The notes below the pieces were generated by a model, which saw only the letters and a list, made by a program, of their open reading frames with translations, did not search any database and was not told the origin of the DNA. From Lama guanicoe (taxonomy: Eukaryota), in contig MU053881.1 in NCBI GenBank assembly GCA_013239625.1, positions 12,662,879 to 12,726,878 on the forward strand: a stretch of DNA of 64,000 nt, in the 5' to 3' direction. Made by a program: the position numbers and the translations under genes. Positions 37,094 through 51,074 of this stretch are shown one piece after another; position 1 is the first letter of the stretch, and the number at the start of each line of letters is the position of its first letter.

Positions 37094-37722
37094 GGCTACT
37101 CAGCCATAAAAAAGAATAAAATAATGCCATTTGCGGCAACATGGATGGACCTGGAGATCGTCATTCTATGTGAAGCAAGCCAGAAAGGGAAAGAAAAATA
37201 TCATATGACATCACTTATATGCGAACGCTAAAAAAAGAAAAAGACACAAATGAACTTATTTACAAAACAGAAACAGATTCACAGACATAGAAAACAAACT
37301 TGTGGTTGCCAGTGGGGAAAAGGGGTGGGAAGGGATAAATTGGGAGTTCAAGATTTGCAGACTCTAACTACTATATATAAAATAGATAAACAACAAGTTT
37401 CTTTGTATAGCACAGGGAACTATATTCAATACCTTGTAATGGCCTATAGTGAAAAAGAGTTATATATATATATATCTCACACACACACATATACACATAC
37501 ATATATAAATGAATCATTATGCTGTACACCAGAAATTAACACATTGTATATTGACAATACTTCAATAAAAGTAAATACATTGTTGTAATCTATTAGTATG
37601 TCATAGTAACCTATAATGAAAAAGAATATGAAAAGGAATATATGTATGACTGAAACATTGTGCTGCACACCAGAAATTGGCATAGCATTGTAAACTGACT
37701 AAAACTTCAACTAAAAAAAAAC
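37094..37722 (+). mobile_element. Camelid L1 3' end carrying two tandem 3' termini
   Basis: YSAIKKNKIMPFAATWMDLEIVIL; first terminus ends cttcaataaaag about 37571, second ends cttcaactaaaaaaaaa about 37721; AAAAGAGA flanks both ends. Confidence 0.9.
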
Positions 37723-37986
37723 AAAAGAGATAAGTAACTGATGCAATCTCTGCAACTTAAAATTCCCCATGAAGGTCTATATTTATGGGATTCTAATGGT
37801 TCTCAATTTCAGTTCCCAAAATTTCATGGAGTGGAGGAGAGAAATCTTCCAAAAGGAAGAGATGAACAATGGATAAAATAACACGTATCCTCTCTAGTCA
37901 TATAATTAAAATAAAATTACTCTGCTTCTAGTGTAATTTTCCAACTGTCAACTACTGTTTCTCTTATTTCAAACTATAGTTAAACT

Positions 37987-38011
37987 GTGCTCACTTTGAC
38001 AGCACATATAC
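37987..38011 (+). pseudogene. RNU6: 3'-truncated U6 snRNA retrocopy (first 25 nt)
   Basis: GTGCTCACTTTGACAGCACATATAC versus U6 GTGCTCGCTTCGGCAGCACATATAC (22/25; two differences are CpG transitions); flanking direct repeat TA(T/C)AGTTAAAC. Confidence 0.85.
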
Positions 38012-39329
38012 AGTTAAACAAGTATCTAAAGTAATTTCCTGAAGTAAATTCCCACATAATGAGATAATTTAAATGTCTCTTGGAGATATTTGGATAGAGG
38101 TTGAAAGTTTGTGGGATAAATTGTTTTAAACTCTCCGTATTCTCGTTCTAGGAAATGAGTAAATTTAAATGTTGATACTTTGATTTCATTTAGTAATATT
38201 AAATGCAGTTAACACTGTTGGTTATCTATTATATTCTAGGCCCTTTGTTAGAGTTACTTCCCATGTCTACCTTACTCCTGTTTTTGCTGCTCTTTAATTT
38301 TTGATGGGAACCTATGGAGAATTTCATGCTTTCCAAGATATCACATAAAGCACAGCTTTTTAAAAGCACATGAGTTTTTGTTTATTGACAAGGAATATTG
38401 CAGCCTAAAAGGTGTATTGGACAAACTTTATCACAAAGCTTCTTTTTTTTCCCTTTATACCTTCTATCTAGTTAATTAGTATCCAGGAGGGCCAAAATCC
38501 TAGGCCAAAATCGTATCTCTAATATTAAGATTATGACGTATAACAGATTGGGCATAAAAAGTGTAAATCATTTGAAGGCTATAGATGTAGCTACTCAGGA
38601 AAATTAATTATGTGTGTATCTTGGGCCACTGGTGTGTAAGTGGACAAAGTGTGAAGTTGGTTTCAAGCTGGAAGGGTTATGAGTCAAATGCTATTAATGC
38701 TATAGCATGGGTAGACACCTTGGGATAAATATCTTGGGATTATCTAGTATGTAGGATGTTCTCTACTATACTAGATAGGTGTGTGCCTTAAGAAATTTTC
38801 ATTGAGAAGTTGGAATTCATTGTTATCCCCCTGTAAAACATATATGGCTAACATTAAATTGACAATTACGTAAATTTTTGTTTTGTTTTAGTATGTTTTG
38901 TTTAAATGCATAAATTTGTGATTTCCAACGAAACTATTTCACTTTCCATGTTTTTATTATCTCATATTTTTATTTATTTCTTTAGGTGAGATTTTTAATT
39001 AGTTAAATTGGTCATCCAACAATTGAAGTTCTATAATAATAAAACTATGGAAACCTTGTGTAACCATTGTTCTGTTATTTTGTGACAGAATTTTCACTTC
39101 ATATCAACATTAACAAATTACTCTGATTTAGAATCATCATGAAGTAATACATAAACTTTTCCCTGTCTTTCAGAATCTTAGTGGTTTAAATTGACATCTT
39201 ACTGAAAGTCAAAACTTCCAGAAGAAGAGATACTTTAAATATAGGAAGTTTTCAGAATTCTCTTCTGTCAATCGAGTTTCATCCTGTGACACTTACCTAG
39301 GTTAGTTTGGAACATGTCACTATTACCCA

Positions 39330-39520
39330 CATTTGCTGAGTGCTGAGCTGCTAATGTCCTAAATATTTTGATATGCATCACATAATTTAGCTTTCACAAT
39401 AACCCCCTGAGAAAAGTACAGTCATTATTTTCAGGTGAGGTATATGAGTCTGGATTCTACAACAGAATGGTTTGTTAAAATGGAGCTGGGATTCGAAATT
39501 TGTTTTGTTTGGCTGGACTT
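39330..39520 (-). mobile_element. MIR SINE
   Basis: catttgctgagtgct..tcacaataacccc..attttcaggtgagg..ggagctgggattcgaa. Confidence 0.65.
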
Positions 39521-39969
39521 CACTTTCTTAATATTAAATTACAAATCAGAGAACAAGTCATCTTAGGTGGCCCCAAGCTGCTTCTAGATATTACATTGGC
39601 TTTTTATTGAAATTTTGTTAAATTGTTAATTTTTTCCCTACGTTGCCAAGTACACAAAATGCCCCATAATGTGCTGTATAGCAACATTGCTTGTCACTCT
39701 GTGTTTAGATAAAACTCTCAAAGCCTGCCTTAGGTACTTCCAGGATGTCCATGTAGATTTAGAATTATACTGGAAAGATTGAATGAAGAAGTTTCCTTAA
39801 GTAGCCCTTATGCAGTACATCCCTGGGATAAAGAGCTTAATTAGGCATCTGAGAAATGGGAAGATTCCAAAGTTTTTGTCAGTTTTCTAATTCACTGATG
39901 TTTTTGGAGATTGTCATGAAAGCTGAGTATTTTTTTGGTGAATTTAAGATGATTCTTTTTGTTTTATGT

Positions 39970-40175
39970 CAGGATTTCTCCACCTCAGCACTTTGGAGAG
40001 ACAGTTCTTTATTGTGGGAGGCTGTCCTCTGCATTGTAGGATGTGTCACAGCATCCCTGGCCTCTGTCCATTAGACGTCAGTAGCATCCCCCTCTTGTGA
40101 CAAACAGCAGTGTCTCTAGGCATTACCAAATGTCCTGTGAGGGAGGGCAAAATTGCCCCTAGTTGATAACCTCTG
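39970..40175. mobile_element. MER20 hAT-Charlie element
   Basis: ggctgtcctctgcattgtaggatgt..agcatccctggcctct..ccaaatgtcc..gggcaaaattgcccctagttgataacctctg. Confidence 0.9.
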
Positions 40176-41739
40176 AGCTATAGGAATATACTTTGCAGAG
40201 ATGCAAAATTTCCTTATTTTTTGGAATGCAAACAAATGCCAGTCTTTTTAATTTTTTTTAAGTGATAAGTATCCTAATTTCATTGTTTGTAAGGGGAACT
40301 CCTAAGTGATCACTATTTTGTGCCTTTTAATTACTGTTAGAAACATGAATTGCCCTCCCCTTTCAAGCCAATTGTTATCATTTAAAATCCTCAGAAAGGT
40401 CTTTGCTACATGAGTGTTCAGAGATCCCGTATGAGATGAAATAGCAAATCTTTTTTATCTGAGAGCTCAATAAAGGAAGTATTTCAGAGGCAGTAGCAAC
40501 TATATAAGCTACTGCTTCCTGTTGTACCTGCCCTCCCCTGCAATCTCATGGACTCTTGTGTTGAGACAGGCTAGCCAGCTTATTTTAGTAGCCTCATTTT
40601 TCAAAGAAATTTTATTTTCTTGTCTTACCTTTGGGTTTTGGTTGAAGCTATTCTGGACCACTCCTCTAATTTCCTAACTTCAGATCTCAGTGATAAGGAT
40701 TTCCTTTCCCTCCTTGGGGTTCTAGCTTCCTCAGGCATAATGGTCTATATTCGTTCTGAGAAACCGACATGGAGTGTCAAGGAATGATTTGCTAAGGCCC
40801 TCGAGACCATAACGTCTGGCTCCCACTTCTTACATTGGCATAGCTAAGTCATTCCAATGACTGTTGGAAGAACCGAAGTTATTTTCAAGGTGACTTTGAA
40901 TCCATTTCCTTGTTGTAAAATAGATGTCACCTTCTCTCTCCAAAAGACAAGTGATCTCTTAAGCTGAATGGTAAGGAGTTTTAGGTATCAGTTTTTATAC
41001 CACCCAGTCATGCAATGTCCTTGCAAAAAGCAATCTGCTTTTTTGATCAGTTGTAAAAGTTCAGTGGCCACAAATCAGGGACAGAGCAGGGAAGAAAATC
41101 CCCACAGGCATAGTTGTCCTTGTTTGAGCGTGTGTTTAAGAAGCCTATTCTGTTTGTGGCCAGATACTTCCTGGCTACCTTTGTGGAAGGCCAATCCACT
41201 CATCTGTGTTTGGTGATACAAAGAGCTATTTTTGTTGTTGAGTGAGGTTGCCTCCATTTAGAAGTACTTAAAATGAGCACACACTCCTTCTGCAAAGTTA
41301 TTCCGTTTTCATTTTATTGAATGATTTGTTGGATGGTTCCCAAAATGATTACCTAGAAATGTCAGGTAAAGGTTAATTCAATCCCACGGCGCAGAGTGGT
41401 GTAAGACTTGTGTGGCATGAGGCTGATAATACCATTTGCTTTAGGAAAGAAAAAGGAATAATTCAGCATAACATCATGGGTACCTGGCATCATTTTTCAA
41501 TGTATCTGTGATAAAGAAATACATTTTTGAGCGTCCTTTCCATTTCATAAAAAGTGGGAATGTTTTGAAAGTATGGTCACATTGCTATTTGAAAATAAGT
41601 GCTAGAATAACTTAGGAATATTTTCCTTTCTGCAGAAACACTGTCTCCAAATGAGGTCATGCTATGGAAGAAGGAAGTTTGATATGCAGAGAGAGGTGAA
41701 GTAAATTTTTGCAGACATATTATTACATAGTATTTCAAG

Positions 41740-41865
41740 CATGTAGAAGCTCTGAGTCACAAAATGTGGGCTTCATTCCTGGCTCCAGCATCAAGTTACT
41801 GAAAATGAGGTTGGGAAAATTACTCAGCTTATTAAGCTTTTAGTTTCTTCATCTACAGCGTGAGT
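41740..41865 (+). mobile_element. MIR SINE
   Basis: tctgagtcac..ttcattcctggctcc..agtttcttcatcta. Confidence 0.55.
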
Positions 41866-41969
41866 AACGCAGACCACAGTTCTTCGCACAAAAAGAATGG
41901 TTCCTTTATTTTACCTGTTCCCTTCTTCAAGAGATTTTTTATGGAGCACCAAGTGTGTGCTAGGAATGT

Positions 41970-44900
41970 CTTTTTTTCCCCTCAAACTTCACTGAGACAT
42001 AATTGACATATAACATTGTGTAAGTTTAAGGTGTACAACCTGATGATTTGATACACTTATATATTGCAAAATGATCACTACAGTAAAATCAGTTAACATC
42101 TCCATCACTTCACATAACTACCAGTTCATTTTTTGTGGTGAGAAAATTTAGATCTACTTCCTTCATAAATTTCAAATATATAATACAGTATTATTAACTA
42201 TAATTACCACATTGCATATTAAATTTTCAGAAATTATTCATCTTAGAACTGAAAGTTTGTGCCTTTTGACCAACATCTTCCATTTCTTCTAATTCCCCAG
42301 TGAGAACCATTCTACCCTCTGTTTTTGTGAGTTTAGCTTTTTTTAGATTCCACATAAAAGTGATATCTTCCAGTATTTGTTTTTCTCTCTCTGACTTATT
42401 TCACTAAGCATAACACCATCAAATTCCACTCAAGTTGCAGCAAATGGCATAATTTCCTTCCTCATGGCAGAATAGTATTCCATTATATATATTTATATTA
42501 TAAATGTATATATGTATGTATGTGTGCATATATATATATATACTGCCTCTTCTTCATCCATTCATCCTTAAATGGACACTTAGGTTGTTTCCATATCTTG
42601 GCTACGTGGTAATGCTGCAGTGAATGTAGGAGTTCAGACATGTCTTCTAGAGAGTGATTTCCTCTTCTTTCAGTATGTACCCAGAAGTGGAATGACTGGA
42701 TCATATGGTAGTTCTATTTTAAATTTTGAGGAACTTCCAAACTGTTTTTCTTGTGGCTGTGCCAATTTATATTTCCACCAGTAGTGCATGGAAGGAAGTT
42801 CCCTTCTCCACATCCCACGGTTATTACTTGTCTTTTTGATAATAGCCATTCTTACAGGTGTAATATACTTGATTAAATTTACTACTAAGTATTTTATTCT
42901 TTTTGATGCTATTGTGACTGGGACTGTTTCTTTTCATTCTTTTTTTTTTTCACATATCTTGTGGTTAATTCATGAAAACACAACTAATTTCTGTCTGCGG
43001 GATTTCTATCCTGCAACTCTTTTGAATTATTTATTTGTTTTAACAGGTTTTTAGTGCAATCTTTAAGATTTTTATATACTATGTTATATATCATATCATC
43101 AGCAACCAAAGACATTTTATTTCTTTCTCTCTGTTTGGATGCCTTTTATTTCCCTCTCTTGCACAGTTTCCTTGGTGAAGACTTTAATACTGTGTTGAAT
43201 AAGAGGGGTGAGAGTGGGCATCCTTGTCTTTTTCCTGATCTGAGAGTAAAAACTTTCAACCTTTTATTTTTAAGTATGATACCAGCTCTAAGTTTGTCAT
43301 GTATGCCCTTTATTATGTTGAGGGGTATAAAATATATTTCTTTTATACACACTTTGTTGAGGGCTTTCATCATGAAAGAATGTTGAATTTTGTCAAATGC
43401 TTTTTCTGCTTCTATTGAGATGAGCATATGATTTTTGTTTTTGTTTCTTTTAATAGGGGATATCATATTTATTGATTTGCATATGTTGAACCATCCTTGC
43501 ATCCCTGGACTCAATCCCACTTTATCATGGTGTATGATCTAGTTTGTGAATTCAGTTTGCTAATATTTTTCTGAGAATTTTTGCACCTATATTCGTCAGG
43601 GATATCGACCTGTAGTTTTTTGGGTTTTTTTTTTTTCCCCTTTGTGTAGCACCCTTATCTGGCTTTGATGTTAAGTAATGCTAGCCTAATAAATTGAGAT
43701 TGAAAATGTTGCCTCCTCTTTAATGTTTTGGAAGAGTTTGAGAAGCATTCATGTTAATTCTTATTTAAATGTTTGGTAGAACTTACTGAGGAAACCATCT
43801 GTTCCTGGAATTTTCTTTTTGGCAGATTTTGATTTAATCTCCTTACTCATTATTTGCTGTTTGTATTTTCTATTTCTTCATGACTTATTTATGATCAGTT
43901 GTATGACTCTAGGAATTTATCCATTTCTTCTAGGTTGCCAAATATGTTGGTGTGTAATTGTTTATAGTATAATCTCATGATTCTTCATATTTCTGTGGTA
44001 GCAGTTGTAATGTCTCTTCTTTCATTTCTGATTCTATTTATTTGAGTCCTCTAATTTTTCTTTCTTGGTAAATCTAGCTAAAGGTTTGTCAATTTTATTT
44101 GTTTCAGAAAACCATCTATTAGTTTCACTGATCTTTTCTATTTTTTTTTAGTCTCTGCTTCATTTCTTTCTGCTCTGATTTTTATTCCCTTCCTTCTACT
44201 AACTTCATGCTTCATTTTTTTCTTTTTCTAATTCATTGAGGTGTGAAGTTAATTTGAAATCTGTCTTGCCTCTTAATATAGGTGTTCATAACTATAAACT
44301 TCTCTCTTAGCAATGCTTTTGCAGCATTCCATATATTTTAGTATGTTTTGTTTCCATTTTCCTTTGTTTCAGTATTTTTTATTTCCTTTTTGATGTATTC
44401 TTTGATGCATTGGTTGTTGAGGGTGTTGTTTAATTTCCACATATTTGTGAATTTTTAAACTTTCCTCTTCTTACTGATTTCTAGTTTTATACTATTATGG
44501 TTGGAAAAGGTACTTAGTATTATTTCAGTCTTAAGTTTGCTAAGACCTGTTTTGTTACCTATCATATAATGTATCCTGCAGAATGTTCCATGTGTGCTTG
44601 AGAAGAATGTGTACTCTGCTGCTGTTGGATTCAGTGTTCTTTATATACCTGTTAGGTCAATTTGGTCTAAAGTATAGTTCAAGTCCAGAGTTTCCCTTTG
44701 ATTTTCAGTTCCTATCCATTTTTGAAAGCGGGGTATTGATGTCTACTATTACTATATTGTTGTCTATTTCTCCCTTCAGATCTGCTAGTGTTTGTTTTAT
44801 ATATTTAGGTGTTTGGATATTGGGTACATACATTGTTTATGATTGTTATATCCTTTTGATGAATTTACTTGTTTATCATTTCATAATGACCTTCTTTGTC

Positions 44901-45135
44901 TCTTGTTATGGTTGTTGGTTTAAAATCTACTTTATCTGATACATGTATAGCTCTCCCTACTCTCTTGCTTTCCACTTGCATAGAATATTTTTTTTTCTAT
45001 CCCTTCACTTTGCAACTAAGTGTGTTCTTTTTTTTTTTTTTTTCTTTTTTTTTTTTGGTTTTTTTTTTTTTTTTAAACCAATTAGCCACTATGCCTTTGT
45101 TTGGAGAATTTAATCCATTTTCAGTAATATTAAGA
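41970..45135 (-). mobile_element. L1MA-type LINE-1, decayed ORF2 (EN + RT) and 3' UTR, with an internal deletion at about 42860
   Basis: RT peptide [55 protein letters not shown] at 43146-43520; EN-region sequence about 44300-44950; L1MA 3' UTR at 41970-42450. Confidence 0.93.
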
Positions 45136-45249
45136 TAAATTATAGGCTTGGTGTAATATGACTAACGACTTCCTTAGTTGTCACAGAGAGTCTGTGAAAT
45201 AGTTTGCCTACTTCTATTCTAGATTGTTTGGAGGTGAAGAGATTTTAAA

Positions 45250-45400
45250 CATTAGCTAATCTAATTCTCTTTGAAAGAGGAAAAATACTGGCACAGAGAC
45301 ATTAAATGACTTGGACAGTGTCATAAAACCAGTTAACAGCATATTTGATTCCAACACCCGCATATACACAGTGGATTACAGTATTTCCCTTCTGCCCATC
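45250..45400 (-). mobile_element. MIR SINE
   Basis: gaggaaaaatactggcacagagacattaaatgacttgg. Confidence 0.55.
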
Positions 45401-47384
45401 TTCCTGCAGCCTGGACTAAGTGTCCCTTTTCACTCCTTCCCCTCCCTCCCCTTTGAGCACACAACCTTGAAGAACTTGATAATGAAACAGACATCAAGAT
45501 AGAACCATGGTGGGAGTGTTGCTCAAACTTTACTAACTCACATACAACTGCCTGACTTTTATCTTATCTGTATGCTATACTTCTTCAGACTTAGACCAGA
45601 CTCGTGACCTAAACATAACCCATAGATACATTTTGTTTGTGTTAGCATGATATTTTAGAAACACTTCCAAAAACATAAAAAGTCGAAGGATCGGGCAGTT
45701 CTGGACCTAAATTCTCAAAGGCAGTAATAAGAGCGGACTGACAAATAACTGACACCATTGGTGAGATGTGGGGTCTTCACTTTGCCAAAGCCCAAATAAT
45801 TCCCTCTTGTCTCTGACACCAGTGTTGAACATCATTTGCAATTCATCATCATACTTCTGTAGTATATAAATTTTTATCCTCACTGTATCTCTATCAAAAG
45901 GTTGATGACAGAAAAAAGGAGACCAAGATGGCCATGTGATTTTTCGCCAGCTGGGTTCACTTTACTCCTTGACTTTACGTGTCTAGACCCTGAAAAACAT
46001 TTGTGTTTATAATGCTTGGACAACCTATACTATACCCGTGTGGCTGCAGCATATATTAGGAATTAGATTTAAAAGCATAGGACCACACAATCTTTCTTAA
46101 ATTACCAATATTGAAGTAAATAGGAAATAACAAAATTGGTTAGACATTTTCTTCACTCCTATTTTTGCTGTCAGGTACATAATTATTTTCTGTATACCAT
46201 TTGTACACCTAAGAAATGAATAAAAATACCTTTCCTTTTGAAGTTCAGTATTTATCGTAAAATTGGCAATCTTCATAACGCTGCTAAATGTCAAAAGATT
46301 TAGAAACACATGGCAAAGTAGTTTCTCAGCAGCAGACGAATTCTACAGCCCAAAGATTAGAACAGCAATTAAGCCTGTGACGATTGGTGATGGAGTTTTT
46401 TCGGCAATACAAGAAATACTTGGCTAAATCATTCTGCCCTTCACAGAATGACCTGGTGGGCTGTACTGGGGACGCCAGATATTTCCTCTTTCCTCAACTG
46501 ATATTCATTATGAACATTTTCATATGAATTCTAGACAACCTTGGCAAGTGGTGGATTGATACCCCAACTACGGCCTAATAAAACCACAGAGAAGCATATT
46601 GTTCTTTTTATTACCTGACTTTTATGTCACTTTAGTATTGATTTACAAGGCATCTCATTTATTTCCAAGGAAATAATCTAATTAATTGATTCTTTTGTAT
46701 TTTAAGGCCCAAAGATTATACCTTTACTTCCAAATATGAAGAAATGTAATTACAAAAATGATCAGCATCTTTCTTCACCTCTTTTTAAATAAACGATAGT
46801 GTAGCTTATTTTCATATCTAATCATCCAGCTTTCACTGTGACATATTTTGCCTTTTGTCTAAGTTTTTCTCTGGCAAAGATTTCTGTTATGAACCTCATT
46901 AAAAAAATAACAATGCTGTAATTCCATCAAAAAAGACAGACCCAGAGCTGTTTTGGAAGTATGAGCATGCTGTCAATGGAAGTATGAATGCATCCTCCCC
47001 TTCCCCCATTTGGAGCAAGTCTTCCCTGTTTTCTTCTTGCAGCATCTTTTTTTTCCTACTTAGGAAGTGAGAGATAAAGCAGGAAGGATCAGACATTTTT
47101 GCAGTATCGCTTTGGATTCTGTTGTCAGCTGTCCTTGGCAGGTTATAGGACATTCTTATTAACAGGTACCCTCCAAAAGATATTCTCCTGTTTCCTGTAC
47201 AGGATGAAATGCCAAGTAGAATTCTATAGAGGCATACTATTGGGGGTGGGGTTTTATATCTATTATGGCCACTACCTTTTCTTTCTGTGTGCCACTTTTA
47301 CTCTTTTTTCCTCGTTTTGTCCCTTATTCCATAGTCTTTTGTTGTTTGCAGTCTAGCTATCTCCGTTGGTCCTTGAGGAATTAC

Positions 47385-47500
47385 CACGTAACTGTGGGTT
47401 TGAATCTCAGCCCTTCTGGTTATAGCTGTGTGACCTATTGTAAGTTGTTTACTTTCTGTGAGTTTATGATTTCTCACTTGCAAATGGGACGGATAATTGT
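47385..47500 (+). mobile_element. MIR SINE
   Basis: gggtttgaatctcagcccttc..tagctgtgtgacct..tttctcacttgcaaatggg. Confidence 0.7.
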
Positions 47501-48654
47501 TCTTTCTTCATGCCATTATTCATTTTAGTCTAATATCTGACATATAATAATTAATTAATATATTATGTGATTGAAAAAGAGTCTTTTGTGAATTACCTGG
47601 AGTTAAGAAATTGGGGGAAATGCTAACTACTGAAGAAATACTTTCACTCCTATGAGAATTATACCTGAAAGGAAAGAGTACTTTCTTTAGTTTCACTTCT
47701 GAAAGGGCTTTTGGTCAGCTGATACATAGTTCTCTAACCTTCTGCTCAGCTCAGATCCACCTTTAATCAGAAATCTGGTCAACATGGTGTTTCCAGAGCT
47801 AGAAGAAAATAAAATAGGCTGACCCAAGGACATGAAATAATGCCATGGGGACATGCAGTACTCTTCTCTGACTTCCTGTATTTCTGAATCTCTTGTCCTT
47901 TAGAGACATTTTTTCCACCAAAAAAAGACCTGAATTTTACACGAAACACTGAAAGAGATTAAAAATGAGAATAGACAAGAACTAAAGTGTCACAGTGATT
48001 AAGTATGGCCTCTACTTAACCTTTTATTTTATTTGTAGGTCTTAATATTTTTGAGCCAACACTTAAAAATCAGTATGCTTTACATAAATAGAACATTTGG
48101 GTTTTTGCTTCGTCTTCAAAATCAGATCTGTTTTACCTTCTGAGACTGATATGTATTGATTTCCAAATTCTAACATAAAGGCTGGCACTGTCGTAGGTGC
48201 TCAATAGGTATTTGTTCAACACATTAAGGAATTATTATACTGAACAAAGACTATGGAGTGATTGTGACTGAGTGAGAATTGCCAGTGGACCTTTAGGCTG
48301 CCAACAGAGGATCCAAGAGAGAAAGCCAGTGGAATGAGATCATTTCTTTCTGTCTTGAAATAGCTTTGAAAAAAGATTCACGTACTCTAATCTTTAAGAA
48401 ATGCCTAATGGACATCCTGGATGAATTTTTTTCCCCAAAAAATGTTATGTGGGAATAATGTAAGCTCCTGCAGTCCATCATGTTAAACTTCCCTTGCTCT
48501 TCCCAAATTGCATTCTTGTGATTTGAAGTAGCACTCAGCTAGTCAAATCCAGAGACATTGTCTCACCTGTTATGCTCTTTCCCTTTCCGTCATGTTTGAT
48601 ACCTTTTGTCCCCCTGTTCTTAGATTCTCCTCCCCACTGGAGTTTTGCTAATGT

Positions 48655-48850
48655 CCATTGAGAATTTACTTTGTTCCAGGCACTACTGTAGCCTTGGATA
48701 ACGTATTTACTCTTCCTGAAAGCCTCATGTAAGTATTTATTATTTCCACTTTAAAGATGTGGAAATTTGCCCATGGTCACTCAGAACGTGGGAGAAAGAA
48801 TCTGATTCTAGGCTCTAAGCCCAGAGCACATGAGCTTACCTCCATTACAA
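48655..48850 (-). mobile_element. MIR SINE
   Basis: ccaggcact..ttatttccactttaaagatgtggaaa..tgcccatggtcac. Confidence 0.65.
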
Positions 48851-49099
48851 CAGGACAACATAATGACCAGGGTCTTCCCCGACCACTTCTCTGCTTCCTC
48901 TTGTTGGCTCGCTGACTGGTTCTGCTTTCACCATCTGCCCTTCTTTTTAAAAATGATGATAACAATTACAAAACAAAACAGTGATTGATCTCATTCTGTT
49001 TTATCCTTTCAGATGGGTGCCCTTTGATCATAGCTCGTGAATTGTGAAACAACGGATTATTCTTAGTGATTTTTCTTTTTTCCAGCAATTGAGATTTTT

Positions 49100-49640
49100 A
49101 TTTCCTTTTTGCTTCAGAGTTTAGGAGAGTGTTTTTAAATATCTGAGGGGCTGGATATAGTTTTCACTTTTGATTCTGTTTTCTTTTAAAATTAGATTGT
49201 TGTCATTGAATGTGATTTGTATGCTTTTCATTTTAAATAATTTATTTTTTCTTTGTGGCCAAATATGTGATCAAAATTTAATGAATGTTTCATGGATATT
49301 TGAGAAGGAAATGTGCCTTTTTTTTTCCCCCTGAGTACTGGGTTCAACTTCAGTTCTTATTAATTTTTCTTTGTTTGGCTCTCTTATGCCACTTTTGATT
49401 ATTTTATTCACATAAAGGATGAGAGCTGTGTTAAAACACTTGTACCTATCCATCCCAGCAGACCCAGATGTTTTGACACTATATACATATTAGTATACTA
49501 TGTTAACTATAGTAGTTTGCCCATTGATAGACTATCGCTGTATCTTCACTGTATGTTGTATTCTTCACCCTTATGAGGATATGTTCTGCTTCATGCTTAA
49601 TATTAACATTCTTATTTTAACTTTGAAACAGTATAGCAAC
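49100..49640 (-). mobile_element. Very old L1 ORF2 fragments
   Basis: ttctttgtggccaaatatgtgatcaaattttaatgaatgtttcatggatatttgagaaggaaatgtg. Confidence 0.55.
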
Positions 49641-51074
49641 TCCTGCATATTTAACCATGTGTCATGTATTATTTAATACCAGCAGGACACATAGTTGCCT
49701 GATACATAGTTGGTACTCTATTAGTTGCTGTGTAAATAAATGAGTATAATTTAGTTTACTGAGAGACACACACAGTTCCTTCAGTCTCTTGTTTCACCCA
49801 CGGACAGACACAAGGGCAAAATCATAGAAATATGTCTCTCTGAAATTAACTTTTAGAAAACCATGTCTAAGATAGCCTACAGTTTGTCACTAGAAGATTA
49901 TCTAAACTTTTCAAAAATCAATGTTTTGGGTCAATATTTCTCCTATTTTCACAAATGATTTTTGTTTGCAGTATAATTTATTTCATCTCCCTGAATTTGA
50001 CAAGCTTAAGGTATTAAAATAATCAGTCTTGGTTTATAATCAGTGTTCAAAACTGTCCATTATAGCAGTGTTGTCTCAAGTGGGAGGCAACGTCAATATT
50101 TGTGCTGAACTTTACTTCTTTACATTTCCAGTGTTTTACTTTTTAAAAAATTTCTTCAATCAGTGTTGCTCTTATATGTAACATTATTTGCCTAAGCACC
50201 TATGTTACAGCATTCTATCGAATATGCCTCTTTCCATAAACCTGGGAATATTCCTTATTGCTGAGCTTGATTGGGGTATATTGATGTCTCTGGATATTGC
50301 TGTCAAATGATGAGGTAAAACTTTGAGGAAAAAAGACTCCTTTTACCTTATTTCAAAAGAAAATGAAAAATCGCTTTGGATACCTTCCCTTTCGGGTTTT
50401 AGATATCTCGATACTGTTTTTCTTATACATTTTTTGAAATAAGATATTAACATAATTGGATATAAACAGCTTTGATTTAAAATATAATTATAAAATAATT
50501 TTCTGATAGATTTGAATATATGTTAAAACAAAAATCACTCCCCCCAATACTTACGATGGAACAATTCACCACACCTGTAATTACTTTTATACGTAGAGTT
50601 ATTTTTAGTTTAAAACTATTCCATTTAATCCAGAGATTGATGCAGCAAATTTTCCTGCCAAGATCAGAGTGATCATACCAGACTCATGGAGGTTATGAAT
50701 ACTAGTGAGAGTTTCAGTAGGTGTGAGACTTGAATGGGTTTCTGCTTTACTTCAAACACCTGTGAGAGACAGTCATTCCTTCCTATTTCAAGAACTTCCT
50801 AAATCTCACAAGCCTCCAGCACTTGAATGAGTTCCAATTTATTTCTAGTCATTTCCTCTCAAATTGATATGTGTTCAAATTGTTTTGTTTTTAAATAGTG
50901 GAATATGAAGAAATATTTAAATAGTTCTTTCAAATAATTGTGGATTTTCTTCCTTTACACTGTAGCAAAATTCAGCATGTGATGGTCTCTTAGCTTAGTT
51001 GCAATAGGGAATTTGAAGTCACACTGTGAGCTTTTTATGCAGTTTTATACTGATCTACCTTATAATTTTTCCCT

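Noticed and set aside
43146..43520. Functional reverse transcriptase gene
   Set aside because: Fragment of a frameshifted, internally deleted L1 ORF2.
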